In this document: one piece after another, positions 1-12,026 of the stretch | Position numbering within the stretch: the first letter of the stretch is position 1 | Layout: every line of letters starts with the position of its first letter | Assembly (NCBI GenBank): GCA_964255285.1 | Contig: CAXUUL010000002.1 | Span: forward strand, 62,001-126,000 | Reading direction: 5' to 3' | From: Ionaspis alba | Lineage: Eukaryota | Length of the DNA: 64,000 nucleotides | Notes under the pieces: generated by a model | The model's database searches: none | Told to the model about the DNA's origin: nothing | The model's input: the letters and a program-made list of their open reading frames with translations, nothing else | Position numbers and translations under genes: made by a program

Positions 1-3000
1 GTTGCAAGACGCGACGAGGCTCAGGTGAATGAAGGGAATGGTGCAGGTCTGTTGAATCGACGGGCAAACCAGTGATGGCACTGAAACAGAAGATGTTGTG
101 ATGAATGGTAAGGACTGTTGTTGACGTTCATATATTATGGAAATGCCAACCCAACTGGATGGCTCACATAAACCATTTTCCGCAGGACTATATGACTCCA
201 ATCATGGAATAGCCGGGTTCCCACTCTCAGGTTGTTCAGGCCAGAACACAACAATGTATTTCACAGCTTGGATGGTTCCCCAAGACCGTTTACTCATGTA
301 TGAGGACTGCAGAGTACCTGCACTAGGAAGCCTCTTATCTGCAAATGCTAGCACTGAGTACCGGGCCATTTCTAGCTAGTGATTGGCGATCAGAATAGAG
401 GACCGGACAGCCACCAACATGTGATTCAAGGGGGTTTCCCAAGATACAGCCGCAAGCCAGGCACATATCGAGCAGTTGTCAAAGGTTCGAAAAGACCGGG
501 AGCGTTGTTACGTAGGGTACGAAAGTCATCGATTGGGAAAGGCCAGATGGAAAGAGGATGAGTCGCTCCAATGGGAGGAGGTTTCGCAGGCATAGTGGGA
601 TATCAAAATAGGTTTGCGCAACAAGGACCGGGATTCCAACAGTTTGAAGGCTTCGAGGTAGCGTGAGCCTCAAGGGGGTTTGGCCGTCTCAGAGCTCGAA
701 AGACTGTTGTGTGGGGGAGGGAGCCTGGGCCTGTAGCTTCCACGCCAGAAGGCAGTGTATAGGGCAGGCCGTGACGGACTGACAGCCGTGGCGGGGCAGC
801 AAAGGGGGGGAGGGGGGAAAGAGCCGAGAGAAAGGAGCGAAAGCAGGAGGGAGAACCCGACTCAGCAGCAGCGGTCCTCGATTCGGATGAACCGAGCCGT
901 CTAGTGGACCAATCGGGAGGTTCTCGCCCTCGCATCCTGCTCGCCGTTGGAACAAGGCCGCACTCGACTGAGAGGATGAGTGTCAGTCAGGGTATGACGA
1001 CGAAGGACCAATGAATGCGACCGATGCGATATGAGGGAAGGAGGGAAACGAAGAATGGCATCACTGCCAGCTTGGTTGAACCGTAAGCCGGCCTAACCAT
1101 GAACCCTCGCTTCCAATCAGCGTGCGCGATTGGCCGTTGCAAGCCAATCACGCTTCCCTTCAGCCCCATCTCGCTTGCCTCGGAACCCTGACGACCACGT
1201 TGCGGACCCAGCAGGCAGGGTTGCCAGGAGCCACTACCAGCGCCTGCCACAGGCATCGATTTCATCGCGCTAGACGGACAGAGTCACGACCATGAAAGGA
1301 CGTCACATTCGACGCGCTTCTTCGTGTCTCAGAGAATGGCATCAGGCCTTTCAGGGCGACATTTCGGTCGTGCCGGAGCTCAAACTCGAAGACCAGCTAG
1401 CCATGGAAGGTTCGGTCTCTAGTGCCCTTGGGAATCAAGCGTCGATCGATTGGTCGACGAGGTTGAATTAAACTATCGGGGGGCTGCGTTAGCGAGGCTG
1501 AGCCCCATTGGCATGGGGGCTGATTTCCCGCAACGAACCCCCCCCAGTGGCCCCCCGTGGTCCCCAATCACCCTCAGTAATCCCCCAGGCCGTCGAAGTG
1601 CCTTCCCCATCCTCCCCGAAACAGCCAGAGAGGTGAGATCGGAGTGCTTCCCCAGCGTCATGACCACCACCATAACATCGCAACATCACAACACCCTCAC
1701 CTCCGTCGCCATACTCTTCGCCCAACATGCTACCGCCCCTCTGCTGTACAAGCACGTGGTGGCCCAGAAGGCTGGATATCCTGAAACGTTCCAAAAATAG
1801 CCTTCCATCTCCACCCTCCTCTGTATCATCTTGGCCAAGGAGATGTGCCACAACATAAGCCGTACGAACAAACATAAGCCACGGCCTTCTTCCCATTCTC
1901 GACAGCAATCTCGCACGATCACGATAACATAAGCCAGTTTCTCAAACCTCGACAGGTGCGGCTATCTTACGCCACGCCACGCCCGGATATCCCCACTCCG
2001 CCCTGCTAATCGATCTAGTATTGGCCGCTAGGAGATCACAGAAGTGCGATGAGTGTCATGCATGGTCAGCACTCTAGTCTTCCCTTGAAGATGCGAACCT
2101 TTGTCGCGTCCCGGCCGGCCAACTCTCCCTTCCACTGGCTCGCACTCGGCCTCGTATGCCGTCATTATTGATCGTAAATGGGAATCTATGCCTGCTCCGG
2201 GCTACGTACAGTACACGGTCGACTGTTTGCGTGCCTCGAATTAGTATGTTTGCTTAGTAATTCGACCTTCGTCCACGCTAATATCCCAAGGGTGGCTACA
2301 CTACGAAGATTAATCCGAAGGTCGTGGATCCCTGGCGCGGGGAGTTCTTCCTATCGATCATCAGTGCGCGTACACTCCTCTTTCTTTGAAGCGATGAAGA
2401 GTCACACAACAAGTGTCCTTGTACAGCTGGCATACTATGTGTGCGTCGTGGATCTTCTTGTCGTGTGCCTAGTCTGTGTGATCGTACCCTTGACACGAGA
2501 ATCTAACCATGTTGTGCCTCAGGTGGAAGTCACGTTGGAGATTGGTCATTGGCATGAATATTGCATTGCTGGCCTGAACTCCATATCAACATCATTTCCG
2601 GTTGCCTGAAGCGTCCGTCGCATCCACTGGTAACGGTCGAACTTGCTTTCAATGTGTCTGAGCCTCGTATCCTCCAATCCCGTGACATCAAACCTGTTTT
2701 GACTTGAGCTGAGAATGACAAAAACTTATTCCTCACGCGATTCATTCTACTTGTTGTCAATTCTGGTGTCGCTGCCGCCAAAGCTGCAGTCACATGCCCT
2801 AGTTTCTGGTTCAGTCGCGATGATGAACCCCATAAGGCTGGGCTAACCCCTCCGCCCTGAATCGGGTCATCTTTCTCGAAAACTTGCGAGACCACCACCT
2901 CTATTTTCAGGCACAAAACCCCTCAACAGTCGCGTCGCAAATGTCCGGAGAATCTCAACCACAACTACTTCAGCCCCGATCTTGCAATTGAGCTACAGGC

Positions 3001-6000
3001 AGACAACGTTGGTGCAATCCATTGCCAGTTTGACCACGACGACCCAGCCTCCACAGCGAACGTCTATTCTTGATCCAAGAGAGGAAGAGGGACAGGCAGA
3101 CGGTGGATCTCTATGCCGACTGACTCACTGCGTTGGTATCTGTCAAGAAGCGCCGTGGTCAGAGGGGTGACAATTTTCTTGCGAGACTCATACTTCAACG
3201 CCGCTCCTGTGTTCCTCAGCTTGTGTTGGAGAAAAGCTCGAGAACGTCTGTTGTGGAACCTCCATCCTCTGGCACAGCGGGTGTGGCACGTTTTCGAATC
3301 CTCCTTCCCCACGTTTACCACGCATAGATGGATCGTCAGCCGACCGATGGAAGGTTACACGAAGAGCACGGGCAAATCCTGAGGTTGCGCGGATGATGGA
3401 GAAACCATCCATCCTGAAAGATTTGTTCGTGCCTCGAACTGGTGGCCGTGACTGTTGCTTCCACGCAAGTAGCCTGATATACTACTCCTTGGACACGTTG
3501 TTTCATCCTTTTGGAAATGATTTTAGCAGTTCCAGGCCGGCTTCCCAAACAAGGGCACAACACGTTCATGCAAAGTGAGGTCTGTTTCGATGGGACAAGC
3601 CGTAGATATCTATTTTTATGCCACGCAAGGCGGCGCCATTATGCCCTACGCAAAATCCTCCTTTACATTTTCGAACAAGTTTGAACCTAGCTATTTTCGC
3701 ACGCTAGCTGATAGAGTCTACGTGACAGGCCGTGTGTGCATGTTCTTCGCTTCTCCCACAGCGCTTCGGCCCACCCAGCGGACCACGAACCCACCGAACG
3801 GAGTACGAGTATTCAATGCAGTCGATACTCATATTGGTCATTTTCATTTGACTGTTTGAGAAGCTGACATGTCAACGTCGGTGCTACAGATTTGTTTCTA
3901 AAGCTTTTCCGAGGATGACCTCCATGAGCTACAAGGTCGCGATCAACTCTATCCTCGTGCATCAAGTATACTCATCACGAAATTTGATGGTTCACGAATC
4001 TCTGTCTGGCGGTGCTACCTCTGCCACAGAAGGAGGGGAAGGAATGTCAATCTCGTTGACAATGTGATAGATATGAGAAGGAGCCTCATGCGAGAATTGA
4101 AAGAACGCTTAGATCTTAACCCGATGTTGTGCCTTTTACCCATACCTTCTGCCATTCTCGTCCGAATACGACTGACTGGTTTCCACAACTTACCTCTCCA
4201 TGTGACTTCTTGACTATCATCAACTTCCCGTGCTCAACCTCATCTTCTCTCCCTGCACGTCCAGCTCCATCCCAATCCCACCTTCAACTCAAACTCATCC
4301 TAAAACGATTCGCCTTTTGCATCATTTTCTTTATCACCCTTGTGGTATCATTCCCCGCACCTTCCAAAGCAGTAACTTTCTTCCCACACCCAGTTAACGT
4401 ACCTTCCTCCCCATCACACATTCCGACTAGCAAGAGCACCTCAAAGCACGGCCATCAACGACAAGTCAATTTTCCAGCCCTCTCATTTCCTCCTCTCTCT
4501 GAACCTCCTCATCCTTTCATTCACAGACCAGAAGCTCTTAAATGGCGTAGGAAGGCAATTCCCTGCCCATCCCGTCATGCAGAATCTCGAGAATGCCCCC
4601 GTACGTCTGTATACTCGAGCCTTCCGAGCTACACATATGTTTTCATGCCGTGCACGGCGACTAGCCATTGGCAACTGCCAGCGCCGTAACATTCGCATGC
4701 ACATGAAACCTCCCTAATACAACATGCACACGAGTTCCTCCTCATAGAAATGCTCCTCATAGAAATGCACATGATTTGACTGCTGCAGTACTGGACTTGA
4801 TGACGGAAGAGCATATGTCGATGATGGGCTGGAAAAGTGGAAGAGCCTCAGACAAATGGAAGCAAAGTGGTGGCATATTGCGGACAAGGATACACGGCCT
4901 GAGTTACCAGCACAATCATTCTGGTGCTTGTTATTTAGCTAACAAGGCGGGTACGCGAATCGAATCGAGAGTTTCCCAGAGTGATATATCGGGAATAAAA
5001 AACGTGTTTCCGAACTTGAGTGGCTGCTATAGAGGTGTCAATGTGGGAGGTACTCTGCGGATTGATAGCCTAATGTCGGCTGGGAAGGGGTGATGTGGCA
5101 CCAAGGCTCCGATTCGTTCGAAGTAAGCTTGTGGGTTGTTCCACTAAACCAACGATTCATGGTTGGCGTTCCTTATCGCCGGGGCTCGTCGAGATTTCGG
5201 AATTGCTTGAGCTTTACAGTAGCCGGTGCGCGAATTTGCGGTGCTGGGATGGTGGGAATGCTGCAGGAAGGTCGTGGGAACGGATATGACCGGGACGTTG
5301 GATAGTCTGTCGCAGGACGAGACGAAGCATAGATGGGATAGAAAAGACGTAGGGATGGGAGCGGGTTGCAAGACTCGGTTGAATATAGTCGTTGTCTTGA
5401 GTAATGAGACTAATGAAGATCGGTCTTGCCTTAATGGCAGGTCGGGAAGACAAGGGAAGCGAATGAAGGAGTACGAGGGAACTCACGCATCCTCGAACAA
5501 GCCAACGTGGAACACAGCCTGTTCTGATACGTCTTTCCAGAGTCTAACATAGCGATAACCATACCAAATAGAGACACGGCATGCTCAAATATGTCTTCTT
5601 GGAGCCTCACATAGCGATAGCAGCTATCGTACACAAGCCATCACCGAGCTCACCCGAAAAAGGAAAAAATTCTCAACAAGCGATTCCTTAGAATACAAGA
5701 CATGAGAACACAAAGTAGCCCGCCCCCCAATAATAATTCTCCCCCCTCTACCCAAGCCACCAACGTGAGCTAGGCGGCTTATGAATGGATGGATTAGACA
5801 ATTCGTCCGGGACGTTTTGCACAAGGGCATCGTCACTCGTTTTGCCTTCAATCCTTCCTTGCTTTGTTTCTTGCTCCCTGTAGTCCCAGTGCTGAGAGCA
5901 GATCGAGCGGAATCAGAAATTGGAAACCAGCTTGTTGCTTACCGCTGGGCGGTCGTCCTGACATATACGTGGACTCCCTAAGCTTTGATCGGTCCGTGAT

Positions 6001-6383
6001 GATGATGATGATGATCTTAGTAGCGAAGAACTCCATCCGCCTAATCTCCGTGCCTGACCGCTGCTGCTGCCGCTGCTGCCTTTCCCAACCCGCGATTTTT
6101 GCTGCCCGGCCCGTTGCTTGCCGTCGTGAATATTTGTGAATGGAATAAGTGAACATGAAAATGGGAGAGCGCAGAGGTGGAAGGTATTTTGGTGATTTGG
6201 AAAAATTGGAAAATGGGAAGAGGGAATAAGGACGTAGTGTACAGATAATGGACGTGTTGGTAGTTGCAAAAGAAGATGAACGAATCTAGTGACATGATCG
6301 CTTTTTCGTGATCCAAGTATCGACTGGAATTTGGGGTCATGACTGGTGGATACAGTAGGTGCCAATGAGAACGAGCGTTTCGT

Positions 6384-8474
6384 TCAACGATGCTGTGGTG
6401 TCGCACTCAGCTGCCCTCTCAAACTAGTCACTTCGTCCTGCAACCGATCCACCTTCGCTTCCAGACCCCTCACGATTGCCCATATCCGGTCGTCACCTTG
6501 AGGATACGGCAGGTTCGCCCTATCACCACTACCGTGGCCGCTGCCATGGCCAGGCGTACCGTGGCTAGAAAGACTATTGCTGGTAGAAGACAGGCCACCC
6601 TGGTGGGAATGATAGCTCGATGCTGTTGGTCCACTCAACGAATGAGAAGGACCGGGATGGCTGGACTGTGGCATGCCATGAGATGGCCCAGAAGCCTGAC
6701 TGTGTAGAGTGTACCTGGGATCCGGCGGTGTGAGACCGGGAAGCGAAGGCAGATGAGGGGCGTGAGGATGTGGACCACTGGTCATTGGCGGCGGGGGCAG
6801 ACCTAGGGGAGGTGGTGGAGGTGACCCGCGCGGGTGTGCTCGACGGCCGTATTGCTGTTGTTGAAGCTGCTGGGTCAAACTAGACGATCTGTTTCTGTGC
6901 GCGTTCGATTCAGTATGGCCAAGCTGGTGCGCATTCATGCCGGCTGGTGAGAGAGGCTTCGGACTTTCCGTCATCCCGCTAGTCTGGAAGACATTCGACC
7001 CACTAATCTGATAAGGTGACGAGGTAGCTGAACCAGGAGGGTACGATGATCCGGGAGAAGTCACTGCGCTTGATCGACCTGCATGGCTAGCGTTTGGTGG
7101 ATACAAGCCACCGATCGTTGACTGCCTTGCAGCTACGGGAGGATAGGTACTTGGCTGACGAGCCAGATATTCAGATTGAGCTTGTTCGCCGGATCTGTAA
7201 TGGGGATCGGGAGGAGCGTCATGTCTGCGGATACTAGGCAGACTTTGCCCTCTGTCATCGACGCCTTCGACATCGTCGTCCATATTCTCTGGCTCGTGAG
7301 ATGTTTCGCCGGTATACATGACACCCACCATGGGGCCGTCATCTTGACCCTGGCCTTCGCCGGCATAACTGCCGACACTGGATCTACGCCCCGTGCTTGC
7401 ACATCCGCCTTGACCCTTGTTGTGCCTGGCCAGCGCATCTCCACGCGCAAAGCTCCGCTTACACTTTGGACACACATGGGGCCGTTCACCAGTGTGTAAC
7501 TTTGTATGTCTTTTGAGGTCGTGCAAGCGACGGAATCGCGAATCGCACGTTTCGCACAAATAAGGTTTCTCGTGGCTGTGCGTGAGGAGGTGGCTTTTCA
7601 GATTATGATGTCGCGTGAACTCGGTCGCGCAATAGTTACACTTGTGCTTTTTGGTCTGGGACGAAGGTGACCTCGAGTCTTCGCGACGCAACCCAGACCC
7701 TGGAAGACTCATACCTCGACGTGTCTCATTGTTCTGTGGGCTCAACAAGGGGCCAGGATATGTTACGGCTCGGTTTGCGCTGCTTTCTTCCACTTCAAGT
7801 CTCGTGGCATCACCGTGCCCACCTGCTTCTTCATCCTGCTGGTCATCGCCAGCTATGTGGCTTGGGCTCGCCACCTGCGGTCCGTTGGCTGTCAAGGTTG
7901 TCGCGGCAGTACTATCGACCGTAGCAAAACTGGCGGTGCTGGCGGGACTTGTTTGCATACTGTTCTCGCCTCGGGTTTTGGAGGGAATTGAAAGAGCCGG
8001 AGCGACTGCCGCGACTGCCTCGTTCAAGGTGGTAGCTGCACTGGGTGCATCTGCAATTCTGCTCATTCCCCGAGACTCCCCGCCCAAGAGCGCTCCTAGC
8101 GCTTTCATCTGTGGATTCGGACTTTGCAACCTTGCTTCTTTCTTCTCTTTCTCCACCTTTCGTCTCTTCTGATCGGCCAATTCCGCAGCCGCCGTGAGGG
8201 GCTTCGGAGAAGCTCTTGGTGACGTCGTTGGCTTTGTGGGCGTCGAGAGGCTCGACTTAGTAACAAGATTTGAGATGGATCTTGTAGATGGAGACTCCAT
8301 AGACCTCCGACGTTTACCAAGGCTAGCTGGCTTCAAGGAGTTCCCACCCTCGGCTATTGCGGAGGTAGTTGTCGAAGAAACTATCGAGGTAGGTGTATCA
8401 GGAAGCGTGGTTGCAACCACAGAATCAGCTGCTAGTAACAATGGCGCAGGAACCACAGGCTCAGGCTCTGCCAT
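6384..8474 (-). CDS. C2H2 zinc-finger transcription factor (three fingers, Crz1/Prz1-related finger block), 696 aa
   Basis: Single long ORF. Fingers HKCNYCATEFTRHHNLKSHLLTH, YLCETCDSRFRRLHDLKRHTKLH and HVCPKCKRSFARGDALARH with HEKP/TGERP linkers; S/P/Q-rich flanks; C-terminal coiled coil (IVRGLEAKVDRLQDEVTSLRGQL). Confidence 0.92.
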   Translation of the reverse strand: MAEPEPVVPAPLLLAADSVVATTLPDTPTSIVSSTTTSAIAEGGNSLKPASLGKRRRSMESPSTRSISNLVTKSSLSTPTKPTTSPRASPKPLTAAAELADQKRRKVEKEKKEARLQSPNPQMKALGALLGGESRGMSRIADAPSAATTLNEAVAAVAPALSIPSKTRGENSMQTSPASTASFATVDSTAATTLTANGPQVASPSHIAGDDQQDEEAGGHGDATRLEVEESSANRAVTYPGPLLSPQNNETRRGMSLPGSGLRREDSRSPSSQTKKHKCNYCATEFTRHHNLKSHLLTHSHEKPYLCETCDSRFRRLHDLKRHTKLHTGERPHVCPKCKRSFARGDALARHNKGQGGCASTGRRSSVGSYAGEGQGQDDGPMVGVMYTGETSHEPENMDDDVEGVDDRGQSLPSIRRHDAPPDPHYRSGEQAQSEYLARQPSTYPPVAARQSTIGGLYPPNASHAGRSSAVTSPGSSYPPGSATSSPYQISGSNVFQTSGMTESPKPLSPAGMNAHQLGHTESNAHRNRSSSLTQQLQQQQYGRRAHPRGSPPPPPLGLPPPPMTSGPHPHAPHLPSLPGLTPPDPRYTLHSQASGPSHGMPQSSHPGPSHSLSGPTASSYHSHQGGLSSTSNSLSSHGTPGHGSGHGSGDRANLPYPQGDDRIWAIVRGLEAKVDRLQDEVTSLRGQLSATPQHR

Positions 8475-9480
8475 GTAGGTAATGAGTGTGGTGAATAGTC
8501 TTGATGTTGTGTTGGGCTCTTAAGCCCGACTGGTCGTTTGGCGAAGTGAAGGGAGCAGTAGATGATAGCCCTGCTTGGATGAGAATGAGGTCAGCTACCA
8601 TGGACGAGCCTAGAATGGGTGGCGATCGCAAGTAGAATAGATACATATGATGTTGCTGACAAAAGTGAGAATTAATGGTAGAGCGGATTCGGCGTTGTGG
8701 ATCTTTGGTGGACGGTGCATCAACGTCAAGAATATGTGCCATGAAGTGGACAGCATGTATCTCACTTGCAGTCATACAAGATTGAGATGGATATATGGAT
8801 ATGCTGCTCTGTCCTTCCACGGCGCGCAGTGAAAGTCATCTGTTCTGCAAGCGCAACATACTTTACTGGTGTGAGCCCAACCTGTTTTGAATACCCAGAT
8901 GCCTTGGAGACAAGATAAAGCGTCGGTGCAGAGAGATGGCTTTGCCTCGTAATGTAATTCTATGCATAAGGGTTCGTCAAGTACATGCAGAAAGGGTCAT
9001 GACCCAGAAAGAAAGCCTTGGTTGAGCGACGCCGTACTGAAGAAGCCGAAGAAGAGAGCTTTGGGATGTTTTTTTTTTCGTTTTTTCGACCGATCGTGTA
9101 CTGGTCTCTTCGTTGCAAGAGAAAGGTCCGTTCTAAGTCGGCATGTCTGCGAAGAATGGCAGCTGTATGTATGCACCTATGTTCTGCGCGCAGAGTTGTC
9201 AGCCTCAAGCACGCCGATTGGGGAAATGCGCCGAGGAACGCACCTATATGTGAACGATTGTGGCTGTAGTCCAGCCGGGAGTGGCAGTCAGCGCGTCGAG
9301 TCTGAGAGTGGTATTGGATGAGAAATGGGCAAGATCATATTGAGGGTCGATGAATGGCGAAGGGAGAAGGAGAAGATGTTCGGAGCGTCATAGTTGGACT
9401 AAGTTCGTATTTACTGGATTACTGGGTCACTGGGCGGGACTCCCTTGAGAGGGACGAAGGGGGAAAGAAGCAGAAGAAGC
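8475..9480 (-). promoter_or_regulatory. Long 5' leader of the C2H2 TF with three predicted UTR introns (8571-8861, 8960-9243, 9264-9414)
   Basis: Minus-strand donor/branch/acceptor sets: GTATGT..GCTGAC..CAG; GTGCGT..CTTGAC..TAG; GTAAAT..GCTGAC..CAG. A pyrimidine-rich tract lies upstream on the minus strand (about 9450-9620). Confidence 0.5.
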
Positions 9481-12026
9481 TGGTAACGAGCCTTAACAAC
9501 AGTAGCAGGCTGTCGTCCCCCAGTTAGCCGTGACGATCAGTTGTGGCTGGCATGACCAGCACGAAGCATTGGAGGGGACAAGAGGGACAGAAGGGGCAGA
9601 AGGGGGGAAGAAGGGCGGCGCAGGAGGCTAAGCAGCCACTAAAGTCGACGAGAGAGAACCGCCAACGACAGGGCTTTAGTGGGGACAGACAGCGGACAGG
9701 CTGGCAGCTAATGGTGCAAAAGCATAAAGCCGAAAGCCGGACCGGCAAAAGACGTCTACCGTGCAATCAACAATGGTAACAATACCAGGCAAATTCATGC
9801 TATACCAATGGTTGTTATCTGATCAACCGTCAAATCGCGCTCAAGTACCATTGATCTGTGTTCTCGCCCCTGCCAACAGTCATGGCCTGCCTGTACAAAG
9901 TCACAAATCCATTGCAAATCATCTTCCCTTCACGACCTCGATTTGTATCTTTTATCCCAGCCACCCCTGTGGCACCCGTGGCCAGCCCTGTGGATCCGCG
10001 AGAATCTCGATGTTCTTACGAGTCTTCATTCCTCTTCATGACAAGTTTCTCGGAAGGGTATCCGGAGCAGCCTCGACCTACGATTGTATCCGAGGGACGG
10101 CATGGATCCAAAGCTGCATGGAAGCTCTCGAGGATGCGCTGCCCCAGGCACAACAAAGAAAACGAGGGACGATCTCGAAGTCAATCCAAGTTTTCTGGTA
10201 GGGTTCTGCTACTCTATTGCCCGACGATCACCATGGCTCTGACTGTCTCAGCCTGGCCGCACGTTTTTGCCTTCCATTGTCCTTACTGCACCGTCAAAGG
10301 CCCACCGACGATCCCATTCCAAACACCCACACCATGGCGTGGAGAGGAAAACTCGGCCTGAGGATCTCGGTTGCGTACTCAATCCCCAGCCATTGGCCAC
10401 AAAAAGAGGCGTTTGACTCTCTCGCAGCAGCACTTGCTTCGTTCGGATCCTTGAGGTCTCCTGTGTGGCACACAACACGCACCAACATCACAAGCAGGTC
10501 GGGCCAATGAACAGCCATCGCTCCTTGCGATAGGTTCAGAAGCAACTGGGATTCCTGTGGCGTTGCAGGTGTTTCGGCCCCGATGCGGGTCGGAATGGCA
10601 AGCCCCCAGTCGGCAGCTGCTTTCAGCCATCATGTGCGCCTCAGTCGCACGCTTCTGCTCAGAGCATGTGCCTCATGCTACTCCCTCTTCATTGGTCTGA
10701 CACCATTGTCTCTTTTCAGCTAAATAGCCTCAGCTGACTCAGAGCGAACTGGAAAAAATTCAACACTCCTCCGTCCGCTCATGGTGGCGGTGGCGGCAGC
10801 GGCGGCGGCTGAACAGAGCAAGCACGCACGCAACCCGGTCGACGGAACAATGGGTAAACGGCTAATGAACAACCTCCGGATCACGGGCCATACAACAATC
10901 AATGTCGTGGTTTTCCGCTTCCATTATCCAGCTCTACAAAATATTGTCCATCTGACTGGTGGAGAGTTGCCCGGACCTGACTCCGTCCGTCACTCGTTCC
11001 CAGCTACCCGTTCCACAATATGATCGTCGCAGGAGGTGGATGCGCTCCGGAAAGCGCAATCCTAGTCCTACGTGCATTCCCGGCCGAGGACGCCAATCTG
11101 TGTTGTGGCGAGCCTGGAGAATGGAGGGAGGGAGGGGCCGCGAGACACATTGCCAAGACGCCTAATGACGTCTCAGAATCCTGCTTTTCTTTGGGACCAA
11201 CAGGTCATATTTTCCATGTGCTGTCCGTGTACTTGTTACGGAAGTATGTACGAGGCACGGGGTATGGCGGTATCAATCTTGTGGCTGTCCATACGTGTGG
11301 GCAACCAGCACAAGCAGGAGGGTAAGTAGATGTGATAGGTATGGCAGAAATCCTCGACTGCTACGCGGCGAACAATTGGGACCAGAACCATCTTCACAAC
11401 AGACCACGAGATGCCTCTATAGTTCATCTGAATGGCGGGTACTCCAACAGTCTCCTCGCAGAGACACCGACTTCCATTACCGTCCCAGAGCTTCGGCATG
11501 TCTCTCGAAGGCGGGGGATCGGGGACAGCCCTCGCTTCGACGGGCATCAAGCTAGAGTGACGTGGCTGAACACCTGCCGAGACGGGGCTGGTTTTGGTGG
11601 GGCTTGGACCCCCGTCGATTAGCGAGCTTAAGGGTCGGCGCCACTAACCTTGGGCGCACTACGAACTGCAGGGACAACCAGATGAATAACAGAGGCATCA
11701 GAGCCCGGCTGATGTCCTCACCCATCACGACCTAGTATGCCGGGGAGAGTATAGCATCCTTCCTGTAGAGAAGTCTTCTATATTATAATCTCATCATTAT
11801 ATCGCTAACCAAGAGTAACTGATATATGTACACAAGACTCGCAAAGGTTCCCAGGTCCGCACTGACTGACAACAAGAACGGGATCCAAGGTTTCCTGAAG
11901 CTCGACGGTCGTAAATCGTACCCATATGTCCCATTACCAAACATACTCCAAACACCTCGCTTTGAGATCCTCAAAACAAATCTCCTGCCGTCAATATTTC
12001 TACTCTGTACAAAGTGCCACCCACTC

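Noticed and set aside
4738..4767. Exact 15-bp tandem duplication CTCCTCATAGAAATG
   Set aside because: Two copies only; ordinary slippage with no functional context.
5998..6080. (GAT)n and (CTG/CCG)n runs
   Set aside because: Short microsatellites in the probable 3' UTR of the C2H2 gene.
1..6300. Many 60-190 aa ORFs in the first 6 kb
   Set aside because: No recognisable motifs, no consistent splice chain and mostly non-ATG starts; treated as intergenic or UTR.
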